The position numbers and the translations under genes are program-made. From the IMG/VR virus record IMGVR_UViG_3300027788_001769, positions 72,769 to 136,768 of that record: a stretch of 64,000 nucleotides of DNA; one strand, written 5' to 3'. Each line of letters begins with the position of its first letter. The stretch's first letter is position 1. Below the pieces are notes generated by a model. That model searched no databases and was not told the DNA's origin. It saw only the letters and a list, made by a program, of their open reading frames with translations. Below are positions 20,182-29,758 of the stretch, in pieces. The DNA is from a virus.

Positions 20182-20891
20182 TGACTGCTGAAACTAAAAC
20201 TAAGAAGACCACATTTTATTTTGGACGCGAACAAGAACATGCCGTGTGTATGTTCTTGACCGCGACCACTATGAATGAAAGAAATGATGTTTATAGAAAA
20301 CACTTATACGCTCCAATAAATAAAATGATTGACAGTATTATAAGACGTTATAAACTTTATAGAAAAGGTCAGGAGTTTAGGGATATTCATGCAGATACAC
20401 TTTCATTTTTAATTACAAAAGCTGAAAAATTTAAACCTGAAAAAGGTAACAAGGCCTATTCGTATTTTGGTACCATTTGTAAAAATTATTTAATGGGCCA
20501 AATAATTAAAGACCAAAAACACACAAACAGAACCCTCTCATACGAAGACATGTCTTCCAGTATAGAAGAACGTCCAGACCAAGTATATTATATAGACACA
20601 GAAGATGTAGATATAAACAAATTTATTAATCAACTAGTTGATGAGATAGAAGAATTTATGTCTGTGACTAATCTTAATGAAAACGAAACAAAAATAGGGA
20701 TGGCTTTAATAGAGATTTTCACTAACTATAATGAGATATTTTTACATGGAGCGGGTAATAAATTTAATAAAAATTTAATTTTACTTTCTCTTAGAGAGAT
20801 GACAAATCTAACTACAAAAGAGATTAGAAATTCACTTAAAAAATATAAAGTAATTTATAAATCCCTCTCAACGCAATTTCAAGACGAGTAA
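20181..20891 (+). CDS. T4 gp55-like late transcription sigma factor
   Basis: EKFKPEKGNKAYSYFGTICKN resembles sigma region 2 and the gp55 motif; GTG start overlaps the previous TAG. Confidence 0.65.
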   Translation: MTAETKTKKTTFYFGREQEHAVCMFLTATTMNERNDVYRKHLYAPINKMIDSIIRRYKLYRKGQEFRDIHADTLSFLITKAEKFKPEKGNKAYSYFGTICKNYLMGQIIKDQKHTNRTLSYEDMSSSIEERPDQVYYIDTEDVDINKFINQLVDEIEEFMSVTNLNENETKIGMALIEIFTNYNEIFLHGAGNKFNKNLILLSLREMTNLTTKEIRNSLKKYKVIYKSLSTQFQDE

Positions 20892-20905
20892 AGTTTAGTT
20901 TCAAA

Positions 20906-20913
20906 TATTTATA
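20906..20913 (+). promoter_or_regulatory. Putative late promoter TATTTATA
   Basis: Motif recurs upstream of about 10 structural genes. Confidence 0.65.
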
Positions 20914-20932
20914 GGTATAAAAATAACATACT

Positions 20933-21298
20933 ATGCCAAGACCAAAAAAGAAACAGATTACCTTTCAAAAAGAAAGTGCCCTTGCATTAATGCAAGAAGT
21001 ATACAATGAATGCGTAGAACAAAGAAATACAGCTATACGGATACAGAATAAAATGTTAAGTTTTATGCAAGGACCAGAGGACTTACAGTTACTGGGACCT
21101 GTGATAAAAGAACAACAGAAAATTGTTGATTCTGCTATAGAAAAGAAAATACAATTAGCTAAAATACAAACCAATTTATTACAGAAACAACTTACTGAAA
21201 CCACTAGTTTATCACTTAGTGTGGACGATAGAGAAGCTTTAAATGATATGATTAATAAAGGGGAGGTAAACTCTAGTGACAAACCTTACAAAATCTAA
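20933..21298 (+). CDS. Hypothetical helical protein, possibly terminase small subunit-like
   Basis: 121 aa, mostly helical, late-promoter motif upstream; function is a guess. Confidence 0.35.
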   Translation: MPRPKKKQITFQKESALALMQEVYNECVEQRNTAIRIQNKMLSFMQGPEDLQLLGPVIKEQQKIVDSAIEKKIQLAKIQTNLLQKQLTETTSLSLSVDDREALNDMINKGEVNSSDKPYKI

Positions 21299-23274
21299 TG
21301 GCTGAAAAGAAGAAAAAAAGAAACCTAATACAGGACACTAAAGACGCAAAAAAGAAAGGATTGTCTAAATTACAGAACTTCGGTAATGTAATAAAGGCAA
21401 AAAAAGACTTAGCTAAAGAAAATGCGTTAAAAAATGTAATGGGTTCTATAGATTCTATAAATGAAAAATCAAATAATTTAATAGAATATTTCTTAGACCT
21501 AATTAAGGTGGGTGGTGGTAATGAAAGTATTACCAGGATACGTAAAAATCTAGTTAAAAAGTTAGGTAAATACGAACCAGAGGTAAAAGAAATTGTATTT
21601 GAGGAGATGGTCCAGTTTCTAAACTGTGATTTAAATTTTGTTATACCTTCAGCTAACGGTACCAACAATGGAAATTGTGTCTCTAGTGGTGGTGTTTCCA
21701 CACCAGATTCTAATTTATTAAAAATACCAGTTAAAAGTATAGACCCGTTTGGTCTATTAAAAAACAGTCCACTATCCAACGTGGGTAAAGCTACTTACGA
21801 AAAGCAAGATATAATTAGTGGGTCGTTCCCATTTTCAACAAATAAAGAATTATATGGGAGATTAGAGAATCCTAGTACCCAACAAGATTATTTTGGGTTT
21901 AGTGGTAGTAGACTTTTCACTATGGAATTTGATGGACTTGATTCTTATTTAATTAGGCCTGTCGGAGTTGACAATACTTTTTCTGATAACAATATTTCGG
22001 ATTTTAGTTGTGGTGGGGCTGAGAATGATAGGAAGGTAACAGATTTTTTGAGGGATTATTTTGATTCGGTTAAACTTTTTGAAAAACATAACTTTTTAGC
22101 TCAGATTTTTGAAGTTCTAATGGGGTCATTAAGTGTCCAGATTGATAGGAGTGGTACTGAAGTGGAATTAGATGGTAAGTTCGCTGAAATTATAAAACGT
22201 ATTTTAGGTATGTGTGGAGATGATGAAGATGGTTCTGATGGTGGTGAAATAAGTACCTCTGCAACTGCTCACTTAACAGATACCTATGAAGGAGAAGAAG
22301 AAGATTTTTTTGCTTTTGGACCACAGGACTTACTAAACTTAGAAGATGAAACAAGTTTGAAGGTTAAGGGGTTGTTGAGGTTTGCTAGTTGTGATAACAT
22401 AGAAACTGGAATAAATATTGACCAATTAAATGAGGACATAAATGGAATTTTGTCCGAAAATAATGAAGGGATAATAGACATGAACCTAAACCAATCAATA
22501 GATAAAGCTGTTGAGAGTATGGGTAACGACGACTTATCATTTAATTTACCAAATATAAAAGCGGATTTTGACGCTAACATCCTTAAGGAGTTACCTAAAA
22601 TTTTATTAAACCTTATTTTAACACCTAAAGTTCTTCTACCAATAGCAATCGCTATGAAATCACAAGGTAATAGTTTTGATAACGATGACATTATGGATTT
22701 GGTTAAAAAATTCTTTAGATTAATTAAAAAAATAGTAAGGAGATTATTTAAACTTATGATTGAAATACTTTTTGACGAAATAAAAAGAATAATATTGAAA
22801 TTAATAGCTGAGATTATGAAAGAAATAATCAAAGAAAAATATTTAAAACAATTTGCTATAATACAAAATTTACTTAATTTATTAATGTTAGCTCTATCAT
22901 TAATAGAAGATTTAGCCAATTGTAAATCTATATTAAATAGTTTATTACAACTATTAAGGTTGCCGCCTCCTCCTGGTGGAATAAACATACCTAAACCACT
23001 TTTATTTGCAACTGCTAGTAGGCCAGGGTTTAGTGATACAAGAGCATTTCAAAACGTATTAGAAAATTTACAAGAGACAGGTTTTAATACTGCGGACCAT
23101 GCTGACGGTTCACCAAACGCATCTGTTGTTATGTTATATAACACCATAAAAGGTGTAGAAAAAGAAAGAAGTGAAAATAGTGTAGTAAAAATTGTAACCT
23201 ACCCACAAAATGTTAAAAGCCCACAAGGGCCTGGAGTTACTGAAAGTGGAACAGGAACAGGACTAATAATTTAA
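21298..23274 (+). CDS. Putative virion/baseplate structural protein
   Basis: 658 aa with an amphipathic helical C-terminal part; lies upstream of the gp5-like gene. Confidence 0.45.
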   Translation: MAEKKKKRNLIQDTKDAKKKGLSKLQNFGNVIKAKKDLAKENALKNVMGSIDSINEKSNNLIEYFLDLIKVGGGNESITRIRKNLVKKLGKYEPEVKEIVFEEMVQFLNCDLNFVIPSANGTNNGNCVSSGGVSTPDSNLLKIPVKSIDPFGLLKNSPLSNVGKATYEKQDIISGSFPFSTNKELYGRLENPSTQQDYFGFSGSRLFTMEFDGLDSYLIRPVGVDNTFSDNNISDFSCGGAENDRKVTDFLRDYFDSVKLFEKHNFLAQIFEVLMGSLSVQIDRSGTEVELDGKFAEIIKRILGMCGDDEDGSDGGEISTSATAHLTDTYEGEEEDFFAFGPQDLLNLEDETSLKVKGLLRFASCDNIETGINIDQLNEDINGILSENNEGIIDMNLNQSIDKAVESMGNDDLSFNLPNIKADFDANILKELPKILLNLILTPKVLLPIAIAMKSQGNSFDNDDIMDLVKKFFRLIKKIVRRLFKLMIEILFDEIKRIILKLIAEIMKEIIKEKYLKQFAIIQNLLNLLMLALSLIEDLANCKSILNSLLQLLRLPPPPGGINIPKPLLFATASRPGFSDTRAFQNVLENLQETGFNTADHADGSPNASVVMLYNTIKGVEKERSENSVVKIVTYPQNVKSPQGPGVTESGTGTGLII

Positions 23275-23277
23275 ATT

Positions 23278-23484
23278 ATGAATATAGAAAAAATAAAAAG
23301 TGTTTTAGAGAATTATAGTAAAGTATCTAATAAAGAGTTATCCGACGTAATGGTTTTTTTAAAGGGTAGGTTTGACGAGTCTAAAAATACCGTAATACAA
23401 TTAACACATCAAATGGACGAGTTAGAAAGAGATTATAATAGGTTAAATTCTGAACTTAAAAAAAGAGTAAGTACTAATGGCTAA
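23278..23484 (+). CDS. Small coiled-coil protein
   Basis: Heptad pattern; coupled to the next gene. Confidence 0.55.
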   Translation: MNIEKIKSVLENYSKVSNKELSDVMVFLKGRFDESKNTVIQLTHQMDELERDYNRLNSELKKRVSTNG

Positions 23485-25147
23485 AAATATTAAAATGATA
23501 TTATTTGGGGTTTGTATAAACAGTGACGACCCTTTATTGGCCGCTAGAATTAGAGCTGTTACAGACGACAATTATTCTGGTAACAATCCTAAAGATTACG
23601 ATATTGCTACATGTCAAAAAATAAGTCAAGGGAATAAAGATTTATACCCTAGGACAGAGGACGTATATTGGAGTAAGGATGACCCACATATTTGTGCTCC
23701 CTTACTTCCTTACTATATTAATGTTATTCCAGAGTCTAACGAAAATGTTAAAATATTCTTATATAGTTCAGAAAATGACAGTCAAAATAAAGAGTACTTA
23801 GGACCCACAATATCACAACCACACAAATTAAGTGGGGAAGCTTATGCTGATGGTAGACTTCATACGTCCAAAGGAACCAGAGTAGAAGCTGCTAGGGCAA
23901 TAACCGACTCTTCAGTTTCGGAAGGTAGTTTTTCTTATCCAGGTTCTGTTAGTTTAGATGGTAGACATAATTCTGATGTTGTCTTGGGTAATAGACAAGT
24001 AGTCTTACGTTCCGGAAAATTTACACACAATAACCAAAAACCAGAATTTCCAATATACAATGTAAAACAAAGTTTAATTCAGGTAGATAGTTTTGAGAAG
24101 GGATTAAATTTGATTCCAACAGAGGATAAAAAATTAGAAGTTCAAGAAAGTAATGTAAATTATGTGGTAGAGTATGATATTTTAGATTTAGCTCCAGCAG
24201 ATGGATTTTTTAATGGGAGTGTAACTTTATTTAAAGTAGAGTCATTACCAGACAAAGAAAAAATAACAACTAAAAATATGGGGTTAACGACACCTATTTT
24301 AACAGTTGCTACTCTTAAAGAAAGAGCTAGAGTTAGTTTTTTTAATCAAAGCTTTTCCGGTGTAACTACTTTGGTTAATTCATTTTTAGAGGAAGTGGAC
24401 AATAGAAACGGTAAAAAACTAACTGACCCTATAGGCATTAGTGGGTATGAGGGTTATTTAGGTACTGGTACTTTTATAAAGTCAGGAGAATATATAGATA
24501 TCGGTTCTGCAGCACCCAATAACGAAGAAATACTAGCTTTACACCCATTTTTCTTTAGACCTAGTAGTACACTAAGAAGACAATTAAATTCCAATGATAC
24601 TTTAATACCTAACAGTCAAACCGCATCTAACGCTACTAAAGTAAAAGAAAAAATACGGTTAATTGGTGTTAATGGAAATCAGTACTGGGGACTTTCCTGG
24701 TCCAGAAACGAAAAGAATGTACCGACCAAAGAAATTACTAGAAAGTACGATAAAGAAAGTACTGAAACTAAAACACAAGGTGTTATTACCTTGTTAACAG
24801 ATAAAATTGTTTTATATTCACACGATACCAGAATCCCCAATGCCCCAAAAACCATTCCTTTAGTGGATAACACCAACATCCCATCAGCTAGAGAAAATTT
24901 AGGTATAGACCAAAAAACTTTAGTTACCTTGATTGAAAAGGAAACTGAACCCCTGGTTAGAGGAGACCAATTAAAAAAAGCTTTGGAACGTATAGTGGAT
25001 TTTTTAAAGTATCATGAACATAAAGAACCTGGTACCCCTACAGTGGATAAAACACAACACGGAGGAAAAGAAACTTGGGAATCTTTAGAGACAATGCTAA
25101 AAGAATTCGATAAAACTGTATTAAATAAAAATATAAGAATCAACTAG
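23477..25147 (+). CDS. Baseplate hub / gp5-Vgr-like spike protein
   Basis: N-terminal OB-fold-like GVCINSDDPLLAARIRA...PLLP..IP..E.VKI; GRHNSD; C-terminal EPLVRGD...HEH. Confidence 0.6.
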   Translation: MAKNIKMILFGVCINSDDPLLAARIRAVTDDNYSGNNPKDYDIATCQKISQGNKDLYPRTEDVYWSKDDPHICAPLLPYYINVIPESNENVKIFLYSSENDSQNKEYLGPTISQPHKLSGEAYADGRLHTSKGTRVEAARAITDSSVSEGSFSYPGSVSLDGRHNSDVVLGNRQVVLRSGKFTHNNQKPEFPIYNVKQSLIQVDSFEKGLNLIPTEDKKLEVQESNVNYVVEYDILDLAPADGFFNGSVTLFKVESLPDKEKITTKNMGLTTPILTVATLKERARVSFFNQSFSGVTTLVNSFLEEVDNRNGKKLTDPIGISGYEGYLGTGTFIKSGEYIDIGSAAPNNEEILALHPFFFRPSSTLRRQLNSNDTLIPNSQTASNATKVKEKIRLIGVNGNQYWGLSWSRNEKNVPTKEITRKYDKESTETKTQGVITLLTDKIVLYSHDTRIPNAPKTIPLVDNTNIPSARENLGIDQKTLVTLIEKETEPLVRGDQLKKALERIVDFLKYHEHKEPGTPTVDKTQHGGKETWESLETMLKEFDKTVLNKNIRIN

Positions 25148-25148
25148 A

Positions 25149-25156
25149 TATTTATT
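25149..25156 (+). promoter_or_regulatory. Putative late promoter TATTTATT
   Basis: Recurrent motif, 11 nt before the ATG at 25168. Confidence 0.6.
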
Positions 25157-25167
25157 AATAAAAACTA

Positions 25168-26718
25168 ATGTCAGTACACAAATCATATTTTAAAAAAAAC
25201 AATACTTTATTGTCTTATGACAGGACTAATACCGCTAAAAACCCAGTAACTGAGGTGTATTATGGTGGTGGGTCATCTAGAAGGGATTGTAAATTTACAG
25301 GAATACCTACAGATATTTGTGTAAATCCGGAAGGAGTAGCCTTAACTGGTTACACATCTATTCGAATAAATAACGACTATAGTAGATTTATTTTTGATTT
25401 AGATATTACTGATTTAGAAAGTAAAATATCCGATAAGACAATAATAACTGGTTCACATGGTTGTAATAATGCATCAGCTAAACACACATTAAGAATGGTT
25501 AACACTTCTTTCTTCGATGATGAGTTACTAAACACTGTTACATCTAAGAATAAAAGAAGAGCTAGTTCATTTGATTTGGTTTTATTTAAAATACCGACTG
25601 GTACTACATGGAGTGAGGGTGTTGGTTATGACTACACTAATATGTCAAGTGATTTTGTTGGTTTAGATGACAATTCTTTTTCTACTGTTCCCAGTAACTG
25701 GTACTCCGCTACCACTACTTCTTCGTGGCCATGTTTGGGAATATATAATTACACAACTTGTGTCCCAGAAATTATAGCAACTCAGACTTTTGATAATGGT
25801 AATGAGAACATAGCATTTGACCTTACAAGTGAAATGAATGAGGTGTTGTCTGGTAGTAAAAATATGAGTGGGTATGGTGTTGCTTTTGTGGAACAATTAG
25901 AAAGGTTGACTGGTTTAACAGAAAGTTACTCCGTAGGTTTCTTCACTAAGTACACACAGACATTTTTTGAACCTTATCTTGAAACTAATTATGATGATTA
26001 TATTTTAGATGATAGAGATTTTTTCTATGAAGGAAAAAGTAACTGTCTTTATTTATATGTGAATAAAGGTGGTGTACCAACAAATTTAGATAACTTTCCT
26101 ACCGCACAAATCTACGATAACTCTGGTACGGTTTTATATACTATCACAGCATCCCAGGTAACGAAAGGTGTTTACTGTGCATGTTTTACCATAGCGTGTG
26201 ACGAATATGTTGCTCCTTGTATGTTTAAAGATAGGTGGTCTAATTTATCTATTAATGGAAATTGTCAATCTGACGTAACCAATAAAGTCACATTAAAATC
26301 TAACTCTGATTATTTTAATATAGGTACTAACGCTGGATTACCAAAACATTATGGGTATTCTATATCTGGAATTAAAATGGACGAAAAAATCGTAAATGGG
26401 GACATTAGAAAAGTTATAGTTTCTGCTAGACAACAATATACCACTAATTTTCCAGTAGCTTTAGATTTAATACAGTATAGGATATACGTTAAACAAGGTA
26501 CTACACAAGTAGAAACTCAAGAATGGACAAAAGTAAATATAGCTCACAACCAAAATTACTTTGTTGTTGACACAGGTGATATGGTACCCAATGAGTACTT
26601 TATAGATATTCAAGCCATATCTAATCTAGAAAAAAACACTTACTTTGAGACGGTAAAATTCCAAGTTGTAAATCAAGCTAACTATTTTGGCAATCCACCA
26701 TCTGACTATAGACAATAA
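25168..26718 (+). CDS. Putative virion structural protein (beta-rich)
   Basis: Late motif upstream; Thr/Ser/Cys-rich; YSRFIFDLD...TFFEPYLE. Confidence 0.55.
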   Translation: MSVHKSYFKKNNTLLSYDRTNTAKNPVTEVYYGGGSSRRDCKFTGIPTDICVNPEGVALTGYTSIRINNDYSRFIFDLDITDLESKISDKTIITGSHGCNNASAKHTLRMVNTSFFDDELLNTVTSKNKRRASSFDLVLFKIPTGTTWSEGVGYDYTNMSSDFVGLDDNSFSTVPSNWYSATTTSSWPCLGIYNYTTCVPEIIATQTFDNGNENIAFDLTSEMNEVLSGSKNMSGYGVAFVEQLERLTGLTESYSVGFFTKYTQTFFEPYLETNYDDYILDDRDFFYEGKSNCLYLYVNKGGVPTNLDNFPTAQIYDNSGTVLYTITASQVTKGVYCACFTIACDEYVAPCMFKDRWSNLSINGNCQSDVTNKVTLKSNSDYFNIGTNAGLPKHYGYSISGIKMDEKIVNGDIRKVIVSARQQYTTNFPVALDLIQYRIYVKQGTTQVETQEWTKVNIAHNQNYFVVDTGDMVPNEYFIDIQAISNLEKNTYFETVKFQVVNQANYFGNPPSDYRQ

Positions 26719-26778
26719 TTTCACAATTATTTAACAATAACATAACATACTTTTAAGTAACATAAGTTACTTATTAGT

Positions 26779-26862
26779 ATGGATACACTACAACCAAAAA
26801 TAGACGTTAGCCCAATTATATACGTTATATTAATGATTGCCGTATTCTGTCTTTCTATTTAG
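26779..26862 (+). CDS. 27-aa hydrophobic peptide (not in ORF track)
   Basis: MDTLQPKIDVSPIIYVILMIAVFCLSI*, with one TM-like segment. Confidence 0.5.
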   Translation: MDTLQPKIDVSPIIYVILMIAVFCLSI

Positions 26863-26986
26863 GGTGACCCGATTAATCTTATTAATCGGTTCAAACCACA
26901 CTCACTCCCTATGTTTGAACAACCTAGTATTTCTCGGTAGTGTTCATTTAATTACTCTTTTTTTATGTAAAAAAAACCTAATTTAA

Positions 26987-27018
26987 CTTGGTGGAACCAA
27001 TATATTTTATTATCTTTG
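26987..27018 (+). promoter_or_regulatory. Bacteroidota-type housekeeping promoter (-33 TTG / -7 TAnnTTTG)
   Basis: cTTGGTG-17nt-TATCTTTG directly before the ATG at 27023. Confidence 0.7.
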
Positions 27019-27022
27019 TAGT

Positions 27023-27493
27023 ATGAAAAAATTACCTATAAAAATACAACGAATAATAAAGAAAAAAACATTCAAATTAAATACTCTGGCAGGTAATCGT
27101 TCTTGGAGGGGTGGTTTAAAAATTGATTACCGTATAACAATGGTTAAAGCGGATGGTGAACACCAGGATTTTTGTACACCACTTACCAATAGCTATGCTC
27201 CTGTTACGGTAAATATAAAGGTTAAGGGTCAGGTAGAGACTAGAGGTGATATAGGTGTATATTCAAAAATACTAAGGGAAATTTCTGAAGTTACAAAAAC
27301 AAAAATAAGTTACTGGGGTGGTTATGATACAAAATACGATTATGTTTGGGGTCGCCAAGTAAACAAAGCAGTTCGTAAAGAGATTCGTTATAGAGCAATT
27401 AATGATGTGGTAAACTTTCTAAAGTTAGTGGGCATACAAACTGAAAGATGGTCTGATGGGATTTCAATAGGTACCATAACATGGGAAAAATAA
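27023..27493 (+). CDS. Hypothetical basic early protein
   Basis: ORF downstream of a host-type promoter. Confidence 0.65.
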   Translation: MKKLPIKIQRIIKKKTFKLNTLAGNRSWRGGLKIDYRITMVKADGEHQDFCTPLTNSYAPVTVNIKVKGQVETRGDIGVYSKILREISEVTKTKISYWGGYDTKYDYVWGRQVNKAVRKEIRYRAINDVVNFLKLVGIQTERWSDGISIGTITWEK

Positions 27494-27546
27494 ATAAATA
27501 AGATAAAAGAGAAAAGACCTACTCACTAATTATAGGCGTTAAAGAG

Positions 27547-28074
27547 ATGGATAGATTAGATACGACAACAAGATTATTTATAGGATATTTAATATTCTTA
27601 TCCCTTATATTGGGGTGTAGTGTGGTAAATGGACAAGACACAACCGCCAGTGTTCACCAGCAAACACATAACTTAACCACCAACATGTTTGGTGTTGAGT
27701 TTGGGGCACCAATTATGGGTCGAGGTGTGGTCAATCCAAATGTCACAATACCACAAAGAATATCATCAGAATACCACATTGTTCATTATCTATCTGTAGG
27801 TTATTCATTTTTAGAGGAAAAAAAAGATGAGTACCTATTTTCATACGGTATTGGAATACCATTAAAAGTATTGGATAAAGGAACTTTTTATGGGTATTTT
27901 ATCGACGCTTATCACTACAGACCTGATTTAATTGTTGTAGACCCCACTAAAAATAGAGACTTTAGACAAAGAAGAATTAGGATTGCGTATAGAACAAACA
28001 AGTTAGAGTTCTCAACAACTTACACATTGAGGTATTCGGTAATCTTAGGCATTTCATATTCATTTAACAAATAA
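27547..28074 (+). CDS. Exported protein, possible small outer-membrane beta-barrel
   Basis: N-terminal signal or TM segment; alternating strands (LSVGYSF, FSYGIGIP, ILGISYSF near the C-terminus). Confidence 0.5.
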   Translation: MDRLDTTTRLFIGYLIFLSLILGCSVVNGQDTTASVHQQTHNLTTNMFGVEFGAPIMGRGVVNPNVTIPQRISSEYHIVHYLSVGYSFLEEKKDEYLFSYGIGIPLKVLDKGTFYGYFIDAYHYRPDLIVVDPTKNRDFRQRRIRIAYRTNKLEFSTTYTLRYSVILGISYSFNK

Positions 28075-28079
28075 TAGTC

Positions 28080-28235
28080 ATGGGAGAGATAGACCAAATG
28101 TTAAAACAATGGATGCCAGTAAACACTGTTATTAGGAAACAACTAAGAGAGTTAATCGTTAAAGAGATAGAAAAAGAAAGGACCAAAGAAAGGGTAAAAA
28201 TATTAACCTGGGAACACCAATTAAAAAATAAATAA
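28080..28235 (+). CDS. Small hypothetical protein (51 aa, not in ORF track)
   Basis: MGEIDQMLKQWMPVN...HQLKNK* fills the gap between two genes. Confidence 0.6.
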   Translation: MGEIDQMLKQWMPVNTVIRKQLRELIVKEIEKERTKERVKILTWEHQLKNK

Positions 28236-28239
28236 TAAG

Positions 28240-29538
28240 ATGAATGATTTAAAAAGAATACGAGAATTTGTAAGTAGATTAAAATCCACTAACGCAACTA
28301 ATAATAAGATTGATATTATTAAAGAGTATAAGGAAGACCAGGTTATTAAGGAGGTGTTAAAGTATACTTACTCACCATTCAAACAATATCACGTCACTAG
28401 TAAAAACTGTAAAAAGAATTCAGATTTAATAAAATACGGATACACCAACTTATTTTGTTTGTTACGTGACCTAAACAGTAGATTACTTACCGGACATGAA
28501 GCAATAAGCTATGTTAATGGTTATGTGGAAGCTAATAAGAAATATGAAGACCTTATCTATTGTGTGGTAGATAAAAACTTAAAGACAAGAACAGGAGCAG
28601 ACCTAATAAACAAAGCAATACCTAAATGCGTACCAACTTTTAAAGTAGCGTTAGCTAACTCTTATGATAAACAAAAGGGTAAAGTTAATTTTGACACACA
28701 AACATGGTTTGCCTCACATAAGTTAGATGGGGTTAGATGTTTAGCTATAGTAGACGACAACGGAGTGTGTAATTTCTTCTCAAGACAAGGTAAGACATTC
28801 GATACTTTAGATGTACTTAAAAATGAAATAGAGAGTCTAAACTTATGTAATATGGTATTTGATGGTGAAGTGTGTGTGGTTGATGAGAATGGAACAGAGG
28901 ACTTCCAAGGTATCATGAAGGAAATTAAAAGAAAGGACCATACCATTGAAAATCCTAAATACAAAATATTTGATTACCTTATGTTGTCAGAGTTCGATAC
29001 CCAAGTAAGTAAACGTAGTCTGAGTGATAGATTAGGTAAGTTTAATATGGTATATAATACGTTCAACGAACAATTAAACTGTATTGACCTATTGGAACAA
29101 TGGAAGGTAGAGTCCGAAGAGCATTTCCAAGAGTTAGCAGAACTGGCAACAAAGAATAACTGGGAAGGTTTAATCTTACGTAAAGATTGTGAGTATAAAG
29201 GTAAAAGAAGTAATGACCTTCTTAAGGTTAAAAAATTCTTTGACGAAGAGTATGTTGTAAAGTCTATAGAAACTTCTACACATAGAATTATTGTAGACGG
29301 ATTAGAAGTTGAAGAAGAGATGTTAAGTAATGTTGTAATAGAACACAAAGGTTGTGATGTTGGTGTTGGTTCTGGTTTCGACCAATCAGAAAGAAGAAAA
29401 TATTTCAAGAACCCAGAACTTATAATTGGTAAAACAATTACAGTACAATACTTTGAAGAGACACTTAACCAGGATGGTTGTCACTCATTAAGATTTCCAG
29501 TAGTAAAACATGTATATGAAAATGGAAGAAATGTTTAA
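28240..29538 (+). CDS. ATP-dependent DNA ligase (gp30-like)
   Basis: KLDGVR, FSRQG, FDGE, IFD, WEGLILRK, KRS..LLKVK, GSGF, SLRFPV. Confidence 0.95.
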   Translation: MNDLKRIREFVSRLKSTNATNNKIDIIKEYKEDQVIKEVLKYTYSPFKQYHVTSKNCKKNSDLIKYGYTNLFCLLRDLNSRLLTGHEAISYVNGYVEANKKYEDLIYCVVDKNLKTRTGADLINKAIPKCVPTFKVALANSYDKQKGKVNFDTQTWFASHKLDGVRCLAIVDDNGVCNFFSRQGKTFDTLDVLKNEIESLNLCNMVFDGEVCVVDENGTEDFQGIMKEIKRKDHTIENPKYKIFDYLMLSEFDTQVSKRSLSDRLGKFNMVYNTFNEQLNCIDLLEQWKVESEEHFQELAELATKNNWEGLILRKDCEYKGKRSNDLLKVKKFFDEEYVVKSIETSTHRIIVDGLEVEEEMLSNVVIEHKGCDVGVGSGFDQSERRKYFKNPELIIGKTITVQYFEETLNQDGCHSLRFPVVKHVYENGRNV

Positions 29539-29553
29539 TAAAAAAATAAAAAT

Positions 29554-29700
29554 ATGAAAAAATTAACTAGTATAGATATAGTTTTAAGATTTGCGTTAGT
29601 GTTATTCACATTTATGTTGGTTATGTCCTTTACTGGATGTGCCACAAGTGGAAGGACATATAATGTAGGTACCGGTGAATTACTACCTAAAACTAAATAA
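29554..29700 (+). CDS. Small lipoprotein (48 aa, not in ORF track)
   Basis: MKK, hydrophobic core and lipobox-like FTG-C: MKKLTSIDIVLRFALVLFTFMLVMSFTGCATSG... Confidence 0.65.
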   Translation: MKKLTSIDIVLRFALVLFTFMLVMSFTGCATSGRTYNVGTGELLPKTK

Positions 29701-29706
29701 TAGCAT

Positions 29707-29740
29707 AAAAAAAGAGGACGAATATCGTCCTCTTTTTATT
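29707..29740. terminator. Bidirectional intrinsic terminator
   Basis: AAAAAAAGAGGACGA-ATA-TCGTCCTCTTTTT between convergent genes. Confidence 0.85.
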
Positions 29741-29758
29741 AGTAATATACTTAACTTA

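Noticed and set aside
26720-27020. tRNA gene in the largest intergenic gap
   Set aside because: No cloverleaf or convincing T-loop/acceptor stem could be built; only simple hairpins
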